Shown: piece by piece, positions 1-8,207 of the stretch
Layout: the number at the start of each line of letters is the position of its first letter
Position numbering within the stretch: position 1 is the first letter of the stretch
DNA from: a virus
Length of the DNA stretch: 64,000 nt
Direction: 5' to 3' (one strand)
IMG/VR virus record: IMGVR_UViG_3300025767_001103
Span: 1-64,000 of that record
Made by a program: the position numbers and the translations under genes
The notes under the pieces: model-generated
What the model was told of the DNA's origin: nothing
What the model saw: the letters and a program-made list of their open reading frames with translations, nothing else
The model's database searches: none

Positions 1-685
1 TCCATGCACGTTGAGTGCGCTTGAGACCTTCGATACTTGCTTCGATCTTCTCATTTGCGGTTTGAATAGCATTAATCTTTAGAGTTTCTTCAGTAATTGC
101 ATCTTTAGTCTGGCGTGTTTGTTCTTTGAGTGCATCTGCCTTCTCTGAAAGGATAGTAATACCCAACAACTGCTCGATAATCTGTCTTTGATCGTTAACT
201 CTCATACTCAAGAACGGTTCAGTGTAGGTGTTTAGTGCAACAATGTGCTTAAACATGTCATGACTCATACCCAACAGTGTGTTTACATCGTCTTGTGTTT
301 GTCTACTGTCACCTTGAGACTCGTCTACTAATGCTTCTTGGTTGTTAATATAGAATTTAAAGAAATTGGGACCACGACCACGCTCGATACGGTAGTTATT
401 GTTGTCTTTTTCAAACTGTAGTGTAACTAACATACCTTTGCTGTTAGTTTTGTTGATCAAGTTGTTTGCTCTGATGTTTGTAAGGGCTTTTCCGTACAAT
501 GCATAGGACAAAGCATTGATAATAGTAGTTTTACCAGTACCGTTACGTGATCCACTGTCATCACCGCCTTGATCTAAGTTTTCACCTAGCACAAGTGTTA
601 ATTGCTCATGGTCAAAGTCCACTGCCTGAGTCTGATTGCCCACACTCATAAAGTTTTTGACGGTTAAATCCTTGATCTTAATCAT
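1..685 (-). CDS. gp46: T4 gp46-like / SbcC-Rad50 recombination ATPase subunit (C-terminus runs off the window)
   Basis: Not in the ORF track; translated by hand from ATG at 685: MIKIKDLTVKNFMSVGNQTQAVDF...VLGENLDQGGDDSGSRNGTGKTTIINALSYALYG (KNFMS motif and Walker A GTGKT). Lies directly downstream of gp47. Confidence 0.93.
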   Translation of the reverse strand, partial: MIKIKDLTVKNFMSVGNQTQAVDFDHEQLTLVLGENLDQGGDDSGSRNGTGKTTIINALSYALYGKALTNIRANNLINKTNSKGMLVTLQFEKDNNNYRIERGRGPNFFKFYINNQEALVDESQGDSRQTQDDVNTLLGMSHDMFKHIVALNTYTEPFLSMRVNDQRQIIEQLLGITILSEKADALKEQTRQTKDAITEETLKINAIQTANEKIEASIEGLKRTQRAW

Positions 686-686
686 A

Positions 687-1703
687 TTATTGTTCTAATC
701 CGTTATATATTTGTAACAACAAACTTTTATCAAAGTTAGTAGTATCAAGTTCTGCAATTTCGTTGCTTACGATTTGATCTACACTTTCAAACTGTGCAAT
801 ATCAAGCTCTGTACTCATTTCTTCTAGTTGTTTTTGTGGAATTAGTGTAATTTCACGACAGTTGTACTGATTAATAAACGTTTCTTTGATAAAACTTGCT
901 TCTTCGTAGCTGATAGGCAAGTCAAGTGTTACACGTAGGTACATCTTGCTCTTAATAAACGTATCTGCATTATCAATCAAGTAACTAAGAGTTACAGTAC
1001 GATACTTAGGACAATTTGGCCAGTTAATAAACTCCGGTTCCTTGTTGTTTTCTTTATCAAGTATCATCATACCACGATCATCATCGCCTACATCAGCATA
1101 ATTGTGCGGAAATGCATTACCGATGTAATGAATAGCGCCTTGTTTCTGTCTTTTATGGAAGTGTCCACTGAATACATAGTCTTGGTGCTTAAAATGTTCA
1201 GGCTTCAAGTCACCGTGATCAGGCATACGCACTAGAGCGTTCATATAAAAGCTAGGAAGTTCAAAATGACCAAACAAATACTTTGTTTTGATACTACTCA
1301 TCTTCTTCCACTCGTCGCCAACTAACCACGGCACAAGTGCAACGTCATCTTCAATAAGAATCTCGTCAACAAATGTAATGCCTGGAATGTGCTTTGCAAA
1401 TGCTGTGCTGTTAACAGAACGTTTGTCTTTATAATACAAATCGTGGTTACCATCAAAGAAGTAAAACTTCTCAAATGCAGCACCTAGCTTTTCCATGCTT
1501 CTAATTGTTGCATCCATAGTAGTAAGATTAAGCGAATTTCTGTTATGATGCCAGTCGCCGCAGAAGATACCAGTCTCGCAACCGTTATCTTTAGCAGTTT
1601 GAATGTACCAATCAATAAATTCTTCGCAATCGTCGTTGTGAACACGACTATTGCCTTTTAGACCAAAATGGATATCCGTAAATACCGCAGCTTTTTTAAA
1701 CAA
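687..1703 (-). CDS. gp47: T4 gp47-like / SbcD-Mre11 metallophosphoesterase nuclease
   Basis: Motifs DIHFG, GDWHH, GNHD, GHFE and SGHFH; TTG start with GGAGA SD; paired with gp46. Confidence 0.93.
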   Translation of the reverse strand: MFKKAAVFTDIHFGLKGNSRVHNDDCEEFIDWYIQTAKDNGCETGIFCGDWHHNRNSLNLTTMDATIRSMEKLGAAFEKFYFFDGNHDLYYKDKRSVNSTAFAKHIPGITFVDEILIEDDVALVPWLVGDEWKKMSSIKTKYLFGHFELPSFYMNALVRMPDHGDLKPEHFKHQDYVFSGHFHKRQKQGAIHYIGNAFPHNYADVGDDDRGMMILDKENNKEPEFINWPNCPKYRTVTLSYLIDNADTFIKSKMYLRVTLDLPISYEEASFIKETFINQYNCREITLIPQKQLEEMSTELDIAQFESVDQIVSNEIAELDTTNFDKSLLLQIYNGLEQ

Positions 1704-1730
1704 GGTTATTTCTCCATATATACTTGTTAA

Positions 1731-1759
1731 AGTATACTATATAATTATACACTTGTCAA
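1731..1759 (-). promoter_or_regulatory. sigma70-type promoter for gp47-gp46
   Basis: Minus strand TTGACA (1759-1754), 17-nt spacer, TATACT (1736-1731); the -35 box immediately follows the gp55 stop codon. Confidence 0.85.
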
Positions 1760-2605
1760 CTATTTTTTATCAGAAAAGGCCGATGCACTTGCTTCTTCAT
1801 TGCGTTTGACACTTGCTTCCCATTCGCCCTGATTTTGTCTTGTAAAACTAGGATTTAAGTCATTCATTTCAAGAATATCGTCTCGAATGTTTTGATTACG
1901 CTTTTCAATGTTGATAACACGCACAAAACTGTTAGTAACTGCGGCTGTGTAATATGCAAACGGGTTTTGTGATTTACTTTCGTCAAATTGCAAGCCAATT
2001 TGTGAAAGTTGTAGGATTGCTTGGCCTTTCATTTCGTCATTGTAGGTGTATCCACGTACATTCCCACGAGTAGCATAGCGATCAACAAGTTTTAGCCACA
2101 TCATAGCAAGATTATTAGTTGCCTTGCCGTGATCCTTGCTAAAACAGCCATTTTCCATACCGCCTTGCCAGTGCGATTTACCTACACATACCAATTCGTC
2201 TTGTTCATTAAATTTATAATGAACAAAAGGAGGAAAATTAAGTTTTGTTTTTGTATCTGCTACAGTTTTAGGATTCTTTTTACGTCCAGGCTCTTCAGGA
2301 ATATGATCAAATGTCATCACTCGAAAAATTAATTCTTCCTTAGTAATATCAGTATATTTTACTTCGCAATCTGCTTGTTTTACTTTCTCTCCTGCTATTT
2401 TACGTCTTTCGTATTCTTCAGTAGACAATCTTTTTGCTTTGTTTCGTTTGGCTTCGGCAATAGTTCTAATATTAATTTTATCTACATCTAATAAAATAAT
2501 ATCAAAATCAGCATACTCAGGTGCTACATAGCTGTTAAATGTATTTTTTGATCTATGTATTTCTTTAAGTATATCTCTATTGTTTAGATAATTTCTTTTT
2601 CTCAT
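1760..2605 (-). CDS. gp55: T4 gp55-like late-transcription sigma factor
   Basis: N-terminal NYLNNRDIL and C-terminal RGYTYNDEM...FDESKSQNPFAYYT...NSFVRVINIEK resemble gp55 conserved blocks; canonical gp55-gp47-gp46 order; GGAG SD. Confidence 0.88.
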   Translation of the reverse strand: MRKRNYLNNRDILKEIHRSKNTFNSYVAPEYADFDIILLDVDKINIRTIAEAKRNKAKRLSTEEYERRKIAGEKVKQADCEVKYTDITKEELIFRVMTFDHIPEEPGRKKNPKTVADTKTKLNFPPFVHYKFNEQDELVCVGKSHWQGGMENGCFSKDHGKATNNLAMMWLKLVDRYATRGNVRGYTYNDEMKGQAILQLSQIGLQFDESKSQNPFAYYTAAVTNSFVRVINIEKRNQNIRDDILEMNDLNPSFTRQNQGEWEASVKRNEEASASAFSDKK

Positions 2606-2636
2606 TGTTTGGCTCCAGATTCCAGTTGTTATACTT

Positions 2637-2665
2637 ATTATAAACTACTAAGTTAATTTTGTCAA
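2637..2665 (-). promoter_or_regulatory. Perfect-consensus sigma70 promoter for gp55
   Basis: Minus strand TTGACA (2665-2660), 17-nt spacer, TATAAT (2642-2637). Confidence 0.88.
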
Positions 2666-2666
2666 C

Positions 2667-2672
2667 TAAATA
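2667..2672 (+). promoter_or_regulatory. Putative gp55-dependent late promoter (TAAATA) for the baseplate operon
   Basis: TAAATA 20 nt before the first structural ATG, followed by a GGAG SD; matches the core of the T4 late promoter TATAAATA and recurs before other structural genes. Confidence 0.65.
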
Positions 2673-2692
2673 CTAGTGGAGATTAGTGAATT

Positions 2693-3433
2693 ATGACAAC
2701 AGCATATGGATACAGTAATAGCGGAGTTGGCAAACAAAATAGAATGGCACAAAATGCTGATCAAAATGTTGGGCCAAATGCAGCGCCTCAACAACAGCAG
2801 TTAGTTAGTGCAAGAGTTGGTCAAAATGCAAGAGAAAATGAAACACATGATTGGCGTGTAACACTTAGTGTTCCTACACAACTTGGCGGATCAAATATTT
2901 TTTCTCCTTTTGAAGCCGCTGGAAACAAATTAATATTTCCTTTTAATCCTACTATCTTGTTAGGCAGTAGTGCAAGTTATTCTTCAATACATCCTGTACA
3001 TACCAACCACCCTTTTTATGCATACGAAAATAGCCAAATTGATAATATAACAATTACAGGAGAGTTTATTCAAGAAAATGAAAGAGATGCAAAATATTGG
3101 GTAGCAGTTCTGCATTATTTTAGAACTATGACAAAAATGTTTTATGGTGAAAGCAATCCCGTTGGTAATCCGCCATTAGTTGCTAGATTAAACGGCTATG
3201 GAAAACATGTATTAAATAATATCCCTGTTGTTATTACAAACTTTACTACAGATTTACCACAAGATGTAGACTATATTGAATGTATAGTAAACGACGAAAT
3301 TAATTATGTACCGACCCAAAGCACATTTACAGTAACAGTACAGCCGCAATATGCAAGACGTTCACAATCAAGATTTAGTTTAAACAATTATATTAATGGA
3401 ACACATATTAATTCACCGGAAGGATTTGTATAA
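2693..3433 (+). CDS. Tail tube initiator / baseplate-tube junction protein (gp48/gp54-like)
   Basis: LIFPFNPTI...ITITGEF...GNPPLVARLNGYG...IPVVITNFTTDLP pattern resembles tube-fold initiator proteins; sits just upstream of the gp53-like and hub genes. Confidence 0.6.
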   Translation: MTTAYGYSNSGVGKQNRMAQNADQNVGPNAAPQQQQLVSARVGQNARENETHDWRVTLSVPTQLGGSNIFSPFEAAGNKLIFPFNPTILLGSSASYSSIHPVHTNHPFYAYENSQIDNITITGEFIQENERDAKYWVAVLHYFRTMTKMFYGESNPVGNPPLVARLNGYGKHVLNNIPVVITNFTTDLPQDVDYIECIVNDEINYVPTQSTFTVTVQPQYARRSQSRFSLNNYINGTHINSPEGFV

Positions 3434-3729
3434 TGAAAAATCCACTAAGTCCATACGCAAATACAAAAATTAATGCCGCAGGATATCTTGATATTTTTGT
3501 TCCTAGGCCCATTCCAGTTGCAGGTGATGACGTAATTTACGAAATACGTCCAGCATATAACCGCAGACCGGATTTATTAGCGTATGATCTCTACGATCAA
3601 AAAGAATTATGGTGGGTATTTGCTCAAAGAAATCCAGATATTATAAAAGATCCTATATTTGATTTTACAACTGGTACAAAAATTTATCTTCCTCAAGGAT
3701 CAGCACTTAGAGAAAAACTGGGGTACTAA
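3433..3729 (+). CDS. gp53: Baseplate wedge subunit, gp53/LysM-like
   Basis: YEIRPAYNRRPDLLAYDLYDQKELWWVFAQRNP...IYLP matches the gp53/LysM RPDxLAxxLY...LWW signature; TAATG coupling on both sides. Confidence 0.75.
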   Translation: MKNPLSPYANTKINAAGYLDIFVPRPIPVAGDDVIYEIRPAYNRRPDLLAYDLYDQKELWWVFAQRNPDIIKDPIFDFTTGTKIYLPQGSALREKLGY

Positions 3730-6700
3730 TGGCTTTTAGATTTAGCAATCCGTTAAGACAAGTAGCTAATGCCCAAACTTCGATTAATCGAGGACTTGGT
3801 CAGTTTGGGCAAGTGTCATCTGCTCTACAAAATTTTAACGACATACAACGTAATATTGGCCGAGTTAGCAGTAGTATTAGTCAAATTTCTAGTAATGCAG
3901 AGTCATTATCAGGTACTATCACTAGTATAAGCTCAGCAGGCGACATTTTAAATAGCCTTGGCGGTAACAGTTCTTTATCAAACACTATTAGAAGTGTAAG
4001 TTCGTTGACACGTGATGTACAGACGTTACTTCCTGGTAATACAAGAGTAGGAAGTCAAGCAGCTACACTTTCGCGAAGAGCCGAAGACCTATTTGCAAAC
4101 ACACAAAGAAACATACAAGGTATACAATCTATTAGCGGCGGAATTAATGATGTTCTTAATGGAACATTAGATGTTGGAAATCTTGCAAATAGGAGTTTAG
4201 GAAGTATTACTGGCGGATTAAATTTAGGAAGCATTGTAGGCAGCTCAAATTTAGGAAGTGTGAGTACTTCAGTACAATCGGCAATCAGTAGAATTACTAG
4301 TTCTGCACCAGAATTACAAAATATTGTTAATAATCCTATAAGTGTTGTTCCGAGAAGTGTTGCACAATTAACAGGAGCAATTGGAGAACGTTATGATGGG
4401 TTAAGGCAAGCCTACGATACACTGTCTTCATCAAATTCTTTTATCAACTATGTAGACAGCACATTTAGTCCCTTAGGCCAATCAACTGCAATACCTCAGA
4501 GTCAGCTAGGACAATTTGCAGATCTTCCTGCTCATTCGTTTGCAGGTGCCGGAATGGGAGCCGGTCAGGCATATAGTAAAATCCCTAATCCTTTGAGAAA
4601 TTATTCTAGTTTTAATTATATTATTACACTTGGGATTTTAAGTGCAGAAGAATATAATAATCCTAACTCTTATCGCTCAACTGGCGGATTTGAAAATTAT
4701 GTTATCCGTAGCGGAGGCGGCGACTATGCCAAGCGTTACCAAACAGATCAAGAATTAAATAATCAAAATCCTGGACATGCAGAATACTTTATAGATAATT
4801 TTGAAATGGATGCAGTAATTGCACCAAATCCAAATACTAACGTAGCTTTAGGAACTGCATTAACATTTACAGTATCAGAGCCTTATAGTATGGGCAATTT
4901 TATTGAAGCAATCATCGGCGCAGCAGCAACAGCAAATTTTAAAAATTATTTAGATGCGCCATTTTGTATAAGAATTGATTTTGTAGGATGGGATGAATTT
5001 GGTGTTGCAAATAAAACAGTAACCCAGCCTATTTTTATTCCAATAAAACTTACTAAAATAGATTTTAGTGTTGATGGTAAAGGATCAACATATGAAGTTA
5101 AAGCAGTTCCGATGAGCGAAGCTGGTTTAAGTGATGATGTTAATGAAATAAAAACTCCAATCAATGCGGCAGGAGATTTTTTACATACTGTATTGGAAAC
5201 CGGCGCACGAAGTGTTACTGGTATTATGAATGATAGAGTTTCTCGTTTAGAAGATACTGGAGTTATTGCTCCTTATGATAGGTATGTAATTGTATTTCCA
5301 AAGTCGAGAGAAGCATTAACTGATTATTTAAAACAAGATATTATTAATCCGGATGCTCTTACAATTGATGTCAGAGAAAGAGTATTAGAACGAGTCGGCG
5401 GTGAAGTTACACTAGAAAATGCTACCGAAGCAGGCCGCCTAACAGAACAATATGCTGAAATAAATCAAAATATACGAGCAAATATTTCAAGCGTTGGCAA
5501 AATGTTTGCAAAATTAAAAACATTTGCAGAAGAAGAAGGCGAAATGAATGAAATTGGCCTAAGTGTATTAGTTGAAGATACTGCAACCGGCGGCAATCAA
5601 CCTCAAGGATCACAATCGGGCTCAACTGGACCTGATGACGGTAGTAGAGGGCAAGCTGCAAGGAATGCGCCGGAAACTGCCCCAGCCGAAAAGGCAAGAG
5701 ATTATCAATTTAATCAAGGTATGAGAATTACTGAAACCATTGAAAGAATGGTATTAAATAGTGCGTATGCTAGAGAACGTGCTACTGAGCCTGCACAAAA
5801 TGGTATTAGAAAATGGTTTAAAATTGATACCCTAACATTTATTGAAGAAAATCCAGAAACGGAAGCACAAATAGGAAGACCGCCTAAAGTTTATGTCTTC
5901 AGTATAATTCCATATGATGCTGACGAAGCAAAGTTTAATGCACCAAACGAGCGCCCAGCAAACACCGAAGGTTTAAAAGCAGCAGCAGCTAAAGAGTACA
6001 ACTATATCTATACCGGAAAAAACGAAGATGTATTGAATTTTGATCTTAAATTTAATAATGCATTTATGCAAACAGCATTTTCTAACTTTGGACAAAATAG
6101 TGCCGCTGCTGCTAGTGGGACATCACAAAGTTTAGTGCAAAGAGATGTATCTACAGGATCTTCCACTAGCCAACAAACTGGTGCAGGAAATCAAAGTACT
6201 ACTGGTCAAGTTGGCGAAAGTGCTGCCAATGTAACCGGAGCAGGATACAGTAATGCAGTAGGCGACGGAGATATTCGTCGTAGAATTGCAGAACAATTTC
6301 ATGACAGGATTATCAATCAAACAGTTGATATGGTAACTGCTGAAATGGAAATTATTGGAGATCCATTTTTTATTCCACAAGAAATGGGCAACTTTGCAGC
6401 AAGACAAGGCGACAGACCAAACACAACTGAAGAAGGAACAATGGCTTACCAAGGATCAGAAGTTTTTGCAGTTGTAAATTTTAGAACACCGTTTGATTAT
6501 CAAGTAAACGGTGCAACAATTGAATTTCCTAAAGTAGTTCCAAAGTTTAGCGGATTGTTTAGTATTTGGGCTGTTACCAACAGCCTTAGCGGAGGAAAAT
6601 TTACACAAACTCTTAAAATGATTAGACGAAGAGGACAAGATGATCCAGCAACAGATAATAATTTAGGAGCAGTACAAGAAAATCCTGAAACAGACATCAC

Positions 6701-7073
6701 TAGTGAAGCTGGTTCTAATAGCGATTCTCAAACAGGGAATTCGGGAGCAAATACAAGTTCGGGGTCATCATATGACGAAGTCCCAACAACTCCTAATCGT
6801 GTTATTACTTCTACAAATCCGCCTGCAGCAGTTGTTAGAAATCCAACAGATGTAAGGTTTGGGTCTATTGATCAAGCAACTAATGCAGCAAGGGCATATG
6901 CACAAGCAAATCCAGGTTTTACATATGCTATTAGGCCGGGAACAAACGGAGGATTTACTGTCGCAAATAGACCAGCAGATTCGGCTCCGGTTGCAACTGA
7001 TTTATCTGCTAGAGTTGAACAAACTGCTAGACAAAGTACGTCTGCGAATCAACCTAGAAGTCCAGCATGTTAA
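3729..7073 (+). CDS. Baseplate hub protein (gp27/late-control-D-like core) with long low-complexity N- and C-terminal extensions
   Basis: 1114 aa, between gp53 and gp5; core ends in MEIIGDPF...FSGLFSIWAVTNSLSGGKFTQTLKMIR, typical of hub C-termini; about the first 280 aa are S/G/N/Q-rich. Confidence 0.62.
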   Translation: MAFRFSNPLRQVANAQTSINRGLGQFGQVSSALQNFNDIQRNIGRVSSSISQISSNAESLSGTITSISSAGDILNSLGGNSSLSNTIRSVSSLTRDVQTLLPGNTRVGSQAATLSRRAEDLFANTQRNIQGIQSISGGINDVLNGTLDVGNLANRSLGSITGGLNLGSIVGSSNLGSVSTSVQSAISRITSSAPELQNIVNNPISVVPRSVAQLTGAIGERYDGLRQAYDTLSSSNSFINYVDSTFSPLGQSTAIPQSQLGQFADLPAHSFAGAGMGAGQAYSKIPNPLRNYSSFNYIITLGILSAEEYNNPNSYRSTGGFENYVIRSGGGDYAKRYQTDQELNNQNPGHAEYFIDNFEMDAVIAPNPNTNVALGTALTFTVSEPYSMGNFIEAIIGAAATANFKNYLDAPFCIRIDFVGWDEFGVANKTVTQPIFIPIKLTKIDFSVDGKGSTYEVKAVPMSEAGLSDDVNEIKTPINAAGDFLHTVLETGARSVTGIMNDRVSRLEDTGVIAPYDRYVIVFPKSREALTDYLKQDIINPDALTIDVRERVLERVGGEVTLENATEAGRLTEQYAEINQNIRANISSVGKMFAKLKTFAEEEGEMNEIGLSVLVEDTATGGNQPQGSQSGSTGPDDGSRGQAARNAPETAPAEKARDYQFNQGMRITETIERMVLNSAYARERATEPAQNGIRKWFKIDTLTFIEENPETEAQIGRPPKVYVFSIIPYDADEAKFNAPNERPANTEGLKAAAAKEYNYIYTGKNEDVLNFDLKFNNAFMQTAFSNFGQNSAAAASGTSQSLVQRDVSTGSSTSQQTGAGNQSTTGQVGESAANVTGAGYSNAVGDGDIRRRIAEQFHDRIINQTVDMVTAEMEIIGDPFFIPQEMGNFAARQGDRPNTTEEGTMAYQGSEVFAVVNFRTPFDYQVNGATIEFPKVVPKFSGLFSIWAVTNSLSGGKFTQTLKMIRRRGQDDPATDNNLGAVQENPETDITSEAGSNSDSQTGNSGANTSSGSSYDEVPTTPNRVITSTNPPAAVVRNPTDVRFGSIDQATNAARAYAQANPGFTYAIRPGTNGGFTVANRPADSAPVATDLSARVEQTARQSTSANQPRSPAC

Positions 7074-7083
7074 AGAGGTATAA

Positions 7084-8166
7084 ATGACAAATTTTCCATT
7101 AGACGCAAATGATGAAGACATTCTTCGCCGTGGATTAACTCGTCCAAGTTTAGGAGAAGATCCACTTGCTATTAACTCCGTGTTTCAGTCAGTAAGGTCT
7201 CAGTATGATAATTTTACTGTCGGTGTAACAAGTATTGATAATATCTGGCCACAACGAACTGCAAGAGAATTACAAAATTTAACCGAAGAACAACGAAGAC
7301 AAGTTTTAGAATCAAGAGGAGTCATTCCGCCAGCAGGATCATTGCCCTTTGGTACTGAAATTCCAGCAGTGCAGCAGGCTATTCAAAACGCTGCTCCTGA
7401 AATTGATTTAACTGCATTCGGCGGCGCCGGCGCAGCGATACCTACGCCAACAGACAGTTATGGACAATCATTACAGGGTGCTACAACTCAACCTAGAGTA
7501 ATAACAGCATCAGGTAACACAACACCTACTCCAGTTGGAGTACAGCCTAGTTCAGTATCGTCTGATAGTCCGTATGTATATACTCCGATCGATTTATACG
7601 ATGATCGCTATGATTTTTTAACAGGAAAAATTATAAGAAAAGGCATTGCTACTGGAGCCAAAGGCGGTGTAGGAACAGAAGAAAGGTCAACAGTTGCCTC
7701 ACCTGGATTATCAAACACACAATCAGAAACACCAACAGCGCCTCCGGCACTTAATAATAATGATACAAGTGTAGAAACACGTCAAGATCAAAATGACATA
7801 TCATTAGATGCATTTGGCGGCGCAGGAGCCGACGTGTCTACACCTGCTGCAATACCTACAGACACAACAGATGATGCAAGAGCAGCAAGACTAAATGCAA
7901 CAACTGATCCGCGTTCTACAACATATGTTAATCCTAATTCTGCTGATGCTTCTGATCCTAGAGGTCCTCAACAAATTCCTCAACGAAGAGCACAAGTTAA
8001 CGAAGCAACGTCTCCGAACGGAACTCCTTTAGGTATTAGTAGAGCTGAATATCGTTCGTTATCGGCTAGAGAGCAAGCCGCAGTAAGAAGACGCACGCCG
8101 GGTACAAGATCAAACCAACGATCAATTGATAGAATTAACCGCAATCGCGGCAATACAGGCTTTTAA
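7084..8166 (+). CDS. Hypothetical P/T/S/A-rich, probably disordered protein in the baseplate operon
   Basis: 360-aa ORF with GAGGT SD, an internal repeat and an Arg-rich C-terminus; no family recognised. Confidence 0.7.
   Translation: MTNFPLDANDEDILRRGLTRPSLGEDPLAINSVFQSVRSQYDNFTVGVTSIDNIWPQRTARELQNLTEEQRRQVLESRGVIPPAGSLPFGTEIPAVQQAIQNAAPEIDLTAFGGAGAAIPTPTDSYGQSLQGATTQPRVITASGNTTPTPVGVQPSSVSSDSPYVYTPIDLYDDRYDFLTGKIIRKGIATGAKGGVGTEERSTVASPGLSNTQSETPTAPPALNNNDTSVETRQDQNDISLDAFGGAGADVSTPAAIPTDTTDDARAARLNATTDPRSTTYVNPNSADASDPRGPQQIPQRRAQVNEATSPNGTPLGISRAEYRSLSAREQAAVRRRTPGTRSNQRSIDRINRNRGNTGF
7402..7845 (+). repeat. Two-copy peptide repeat IxLxAFGGAGAxxxTP
   Basis: IDLTAFGGAGAAIPTP (7402-7449) and ISLDAFGGAGADVSTP (7798-7845). 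Confidence 0.8.
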
Positions 8167-8207
8167 TAGCATAATTAATATTATAAAGTATTAATACAGG
8201 AAAAAAA

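Noticed and set aside
6850-6970. SPOR-like half repeat near the hub C-terminus (RFGSIDQATNAARAYAQ...FTV)
   Set aside because: Too short and weak to support without a profile search.
7060-7090. Frameshift or readthrough joining the hub gene to the 360-aa ORF
   Set aside because: The downstream ORF has its own GAGGT SD and ATG, and no slippery sequence is evident.
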